From positions 1 to 63,150 of IMG/VR virus record IMGVR_UViG_3300049928_000025: 63,150 nucleotides of DNA; one strand, given 5' to 3'. The notes under the pieces are model-generated. The model did no database searches and was not told where the DNA came from. It was given only the letters and a program-made list of their open reading frames with translations. Positions 62,664 through 63,150 of the stretch are shown one piece after another (position 1 is the stretch's first letter; each line of letters begins with the position of its first letter). The position numbers and the translations under genes were made by a program. The stretch is from a virus (Duplodnaviria > Caudoviricetes).

Positions 62664-63103
62664 TCAGACGAGTCCTGTGCAGGAGCGAAGAAGGCCGCGA
62701 TCCATCAGCAGCCGGTGAGCGCCATCCACGCTGTCGCGCAGCTCCCAGGTGCCGCCGGCACAGGCGACGCGATCGGCGAAGGCCTCTTGATCGTCGGACG
62801 CCTTCTCGCCGCGGCGCTTGAACTCCAGCGCCAGCATCTCGCCGCGGTGCAGGATGATGAGGTCCGACGCGCCGGGCAGGGCGCCCAGGCGCTCCATGCG
62901 CTGCCAGGCGCGGGCCATCTGCTCCCGGGTAGCGCCCGGTGCCCAGAACCCGTTCGGACGTGAAAGAACAGCACGTCGGGCAGGGCGAGGGTCTGGAGCG
63001 TGCCGAGGACGGTGCGATGAACCGCGTCCTCTCTCGGCTCGGCGACGGGCTGCGCAGAGGCGCGGCGGGTGAATAGGTCGATCTGGCCGGGGCGGCGAGC
63101 CAT
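62664..63103 (-). pseudogene. VRR-NUC nuclease with 1-bp frameshift
   Basis: Upstream frame ends FFHV; downstream frame starts PNG..G..PG.SDL..EFK..S.DQ; one C missing at 62956-62957. Confidence 0.75.
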
Positions 63104-63150
63104 GATGCACGTCCATGACAAGGCGACGTGCGGGCGCCGGTGGGGCGCCC

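Larger units (their letters stand above)
1..63150. mobile_element. Temperate tailed phage genome, near complete, attP (excised) configuration
   Basis: Integrase/excisionase, terminase, portal, capsid, tail, tape measure, endolysin and replication genes; no host housekeeping genes. Confidence 0.95.

Noticed and set aside
1-63150. cI/cro immunity switch, cas genes and full CtrA boxes
   Set aside because: None recognised by eye; the switch probably lies beyond the window ends, where the two early operons diverge

Overview
Near-complete genome of a temperate, GC-rich, long-tailed dsDNA phage of Alphaproteobacteria. A Rhizobiales host, possibly Methylobacterium-like, is inferred from MucR, CtrA-like and tRNA-Gln motifs. 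The sequence appears to be the excised or circularly permuted form: an intact attP-like site (~12.0-12.2 kb) has phage genes on both sides, and the cI/cro switch probably lies just beyond the window ends. Layout: 1-20 kb early/accessory genes, mostly on + (pentapeptide protein, NinB, HNH, CtrA-like DNA-binding domain, xis/int, small autoregulated HTH operons). 20-57 kb late genes on - (lysis, tail, head, portal, terminase), with a 4 kb arc/mnt/rha island between the tail chaperone and tape measure genes. 57-63 kb NusG-like, MucR, replication, methyltransferase and a frameshifted VRR-NUC gene on -. Most notable observations: (1) a dispersed family of ~85 bp four-hairpin elements occurring as inverted L/R pairs around cargo segments, several inserted in frame inside genes, a candidate cassette or domain-shuffling system; (2) a cas-less three-repeat type I-E-like CRISPR mini-array with exact 61 bp period; (3) a tandem array of stem-closed, partly tRNA-like RNA modules at the start of the late operon; (4) a portal-Acb1-like-ADP-ribosyltransferase fusion plus two Acb2/Tad1-like genes; (5) acr-aca-like operons. 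All calls come from reading motifs by eye; no searches or folding programs were run.
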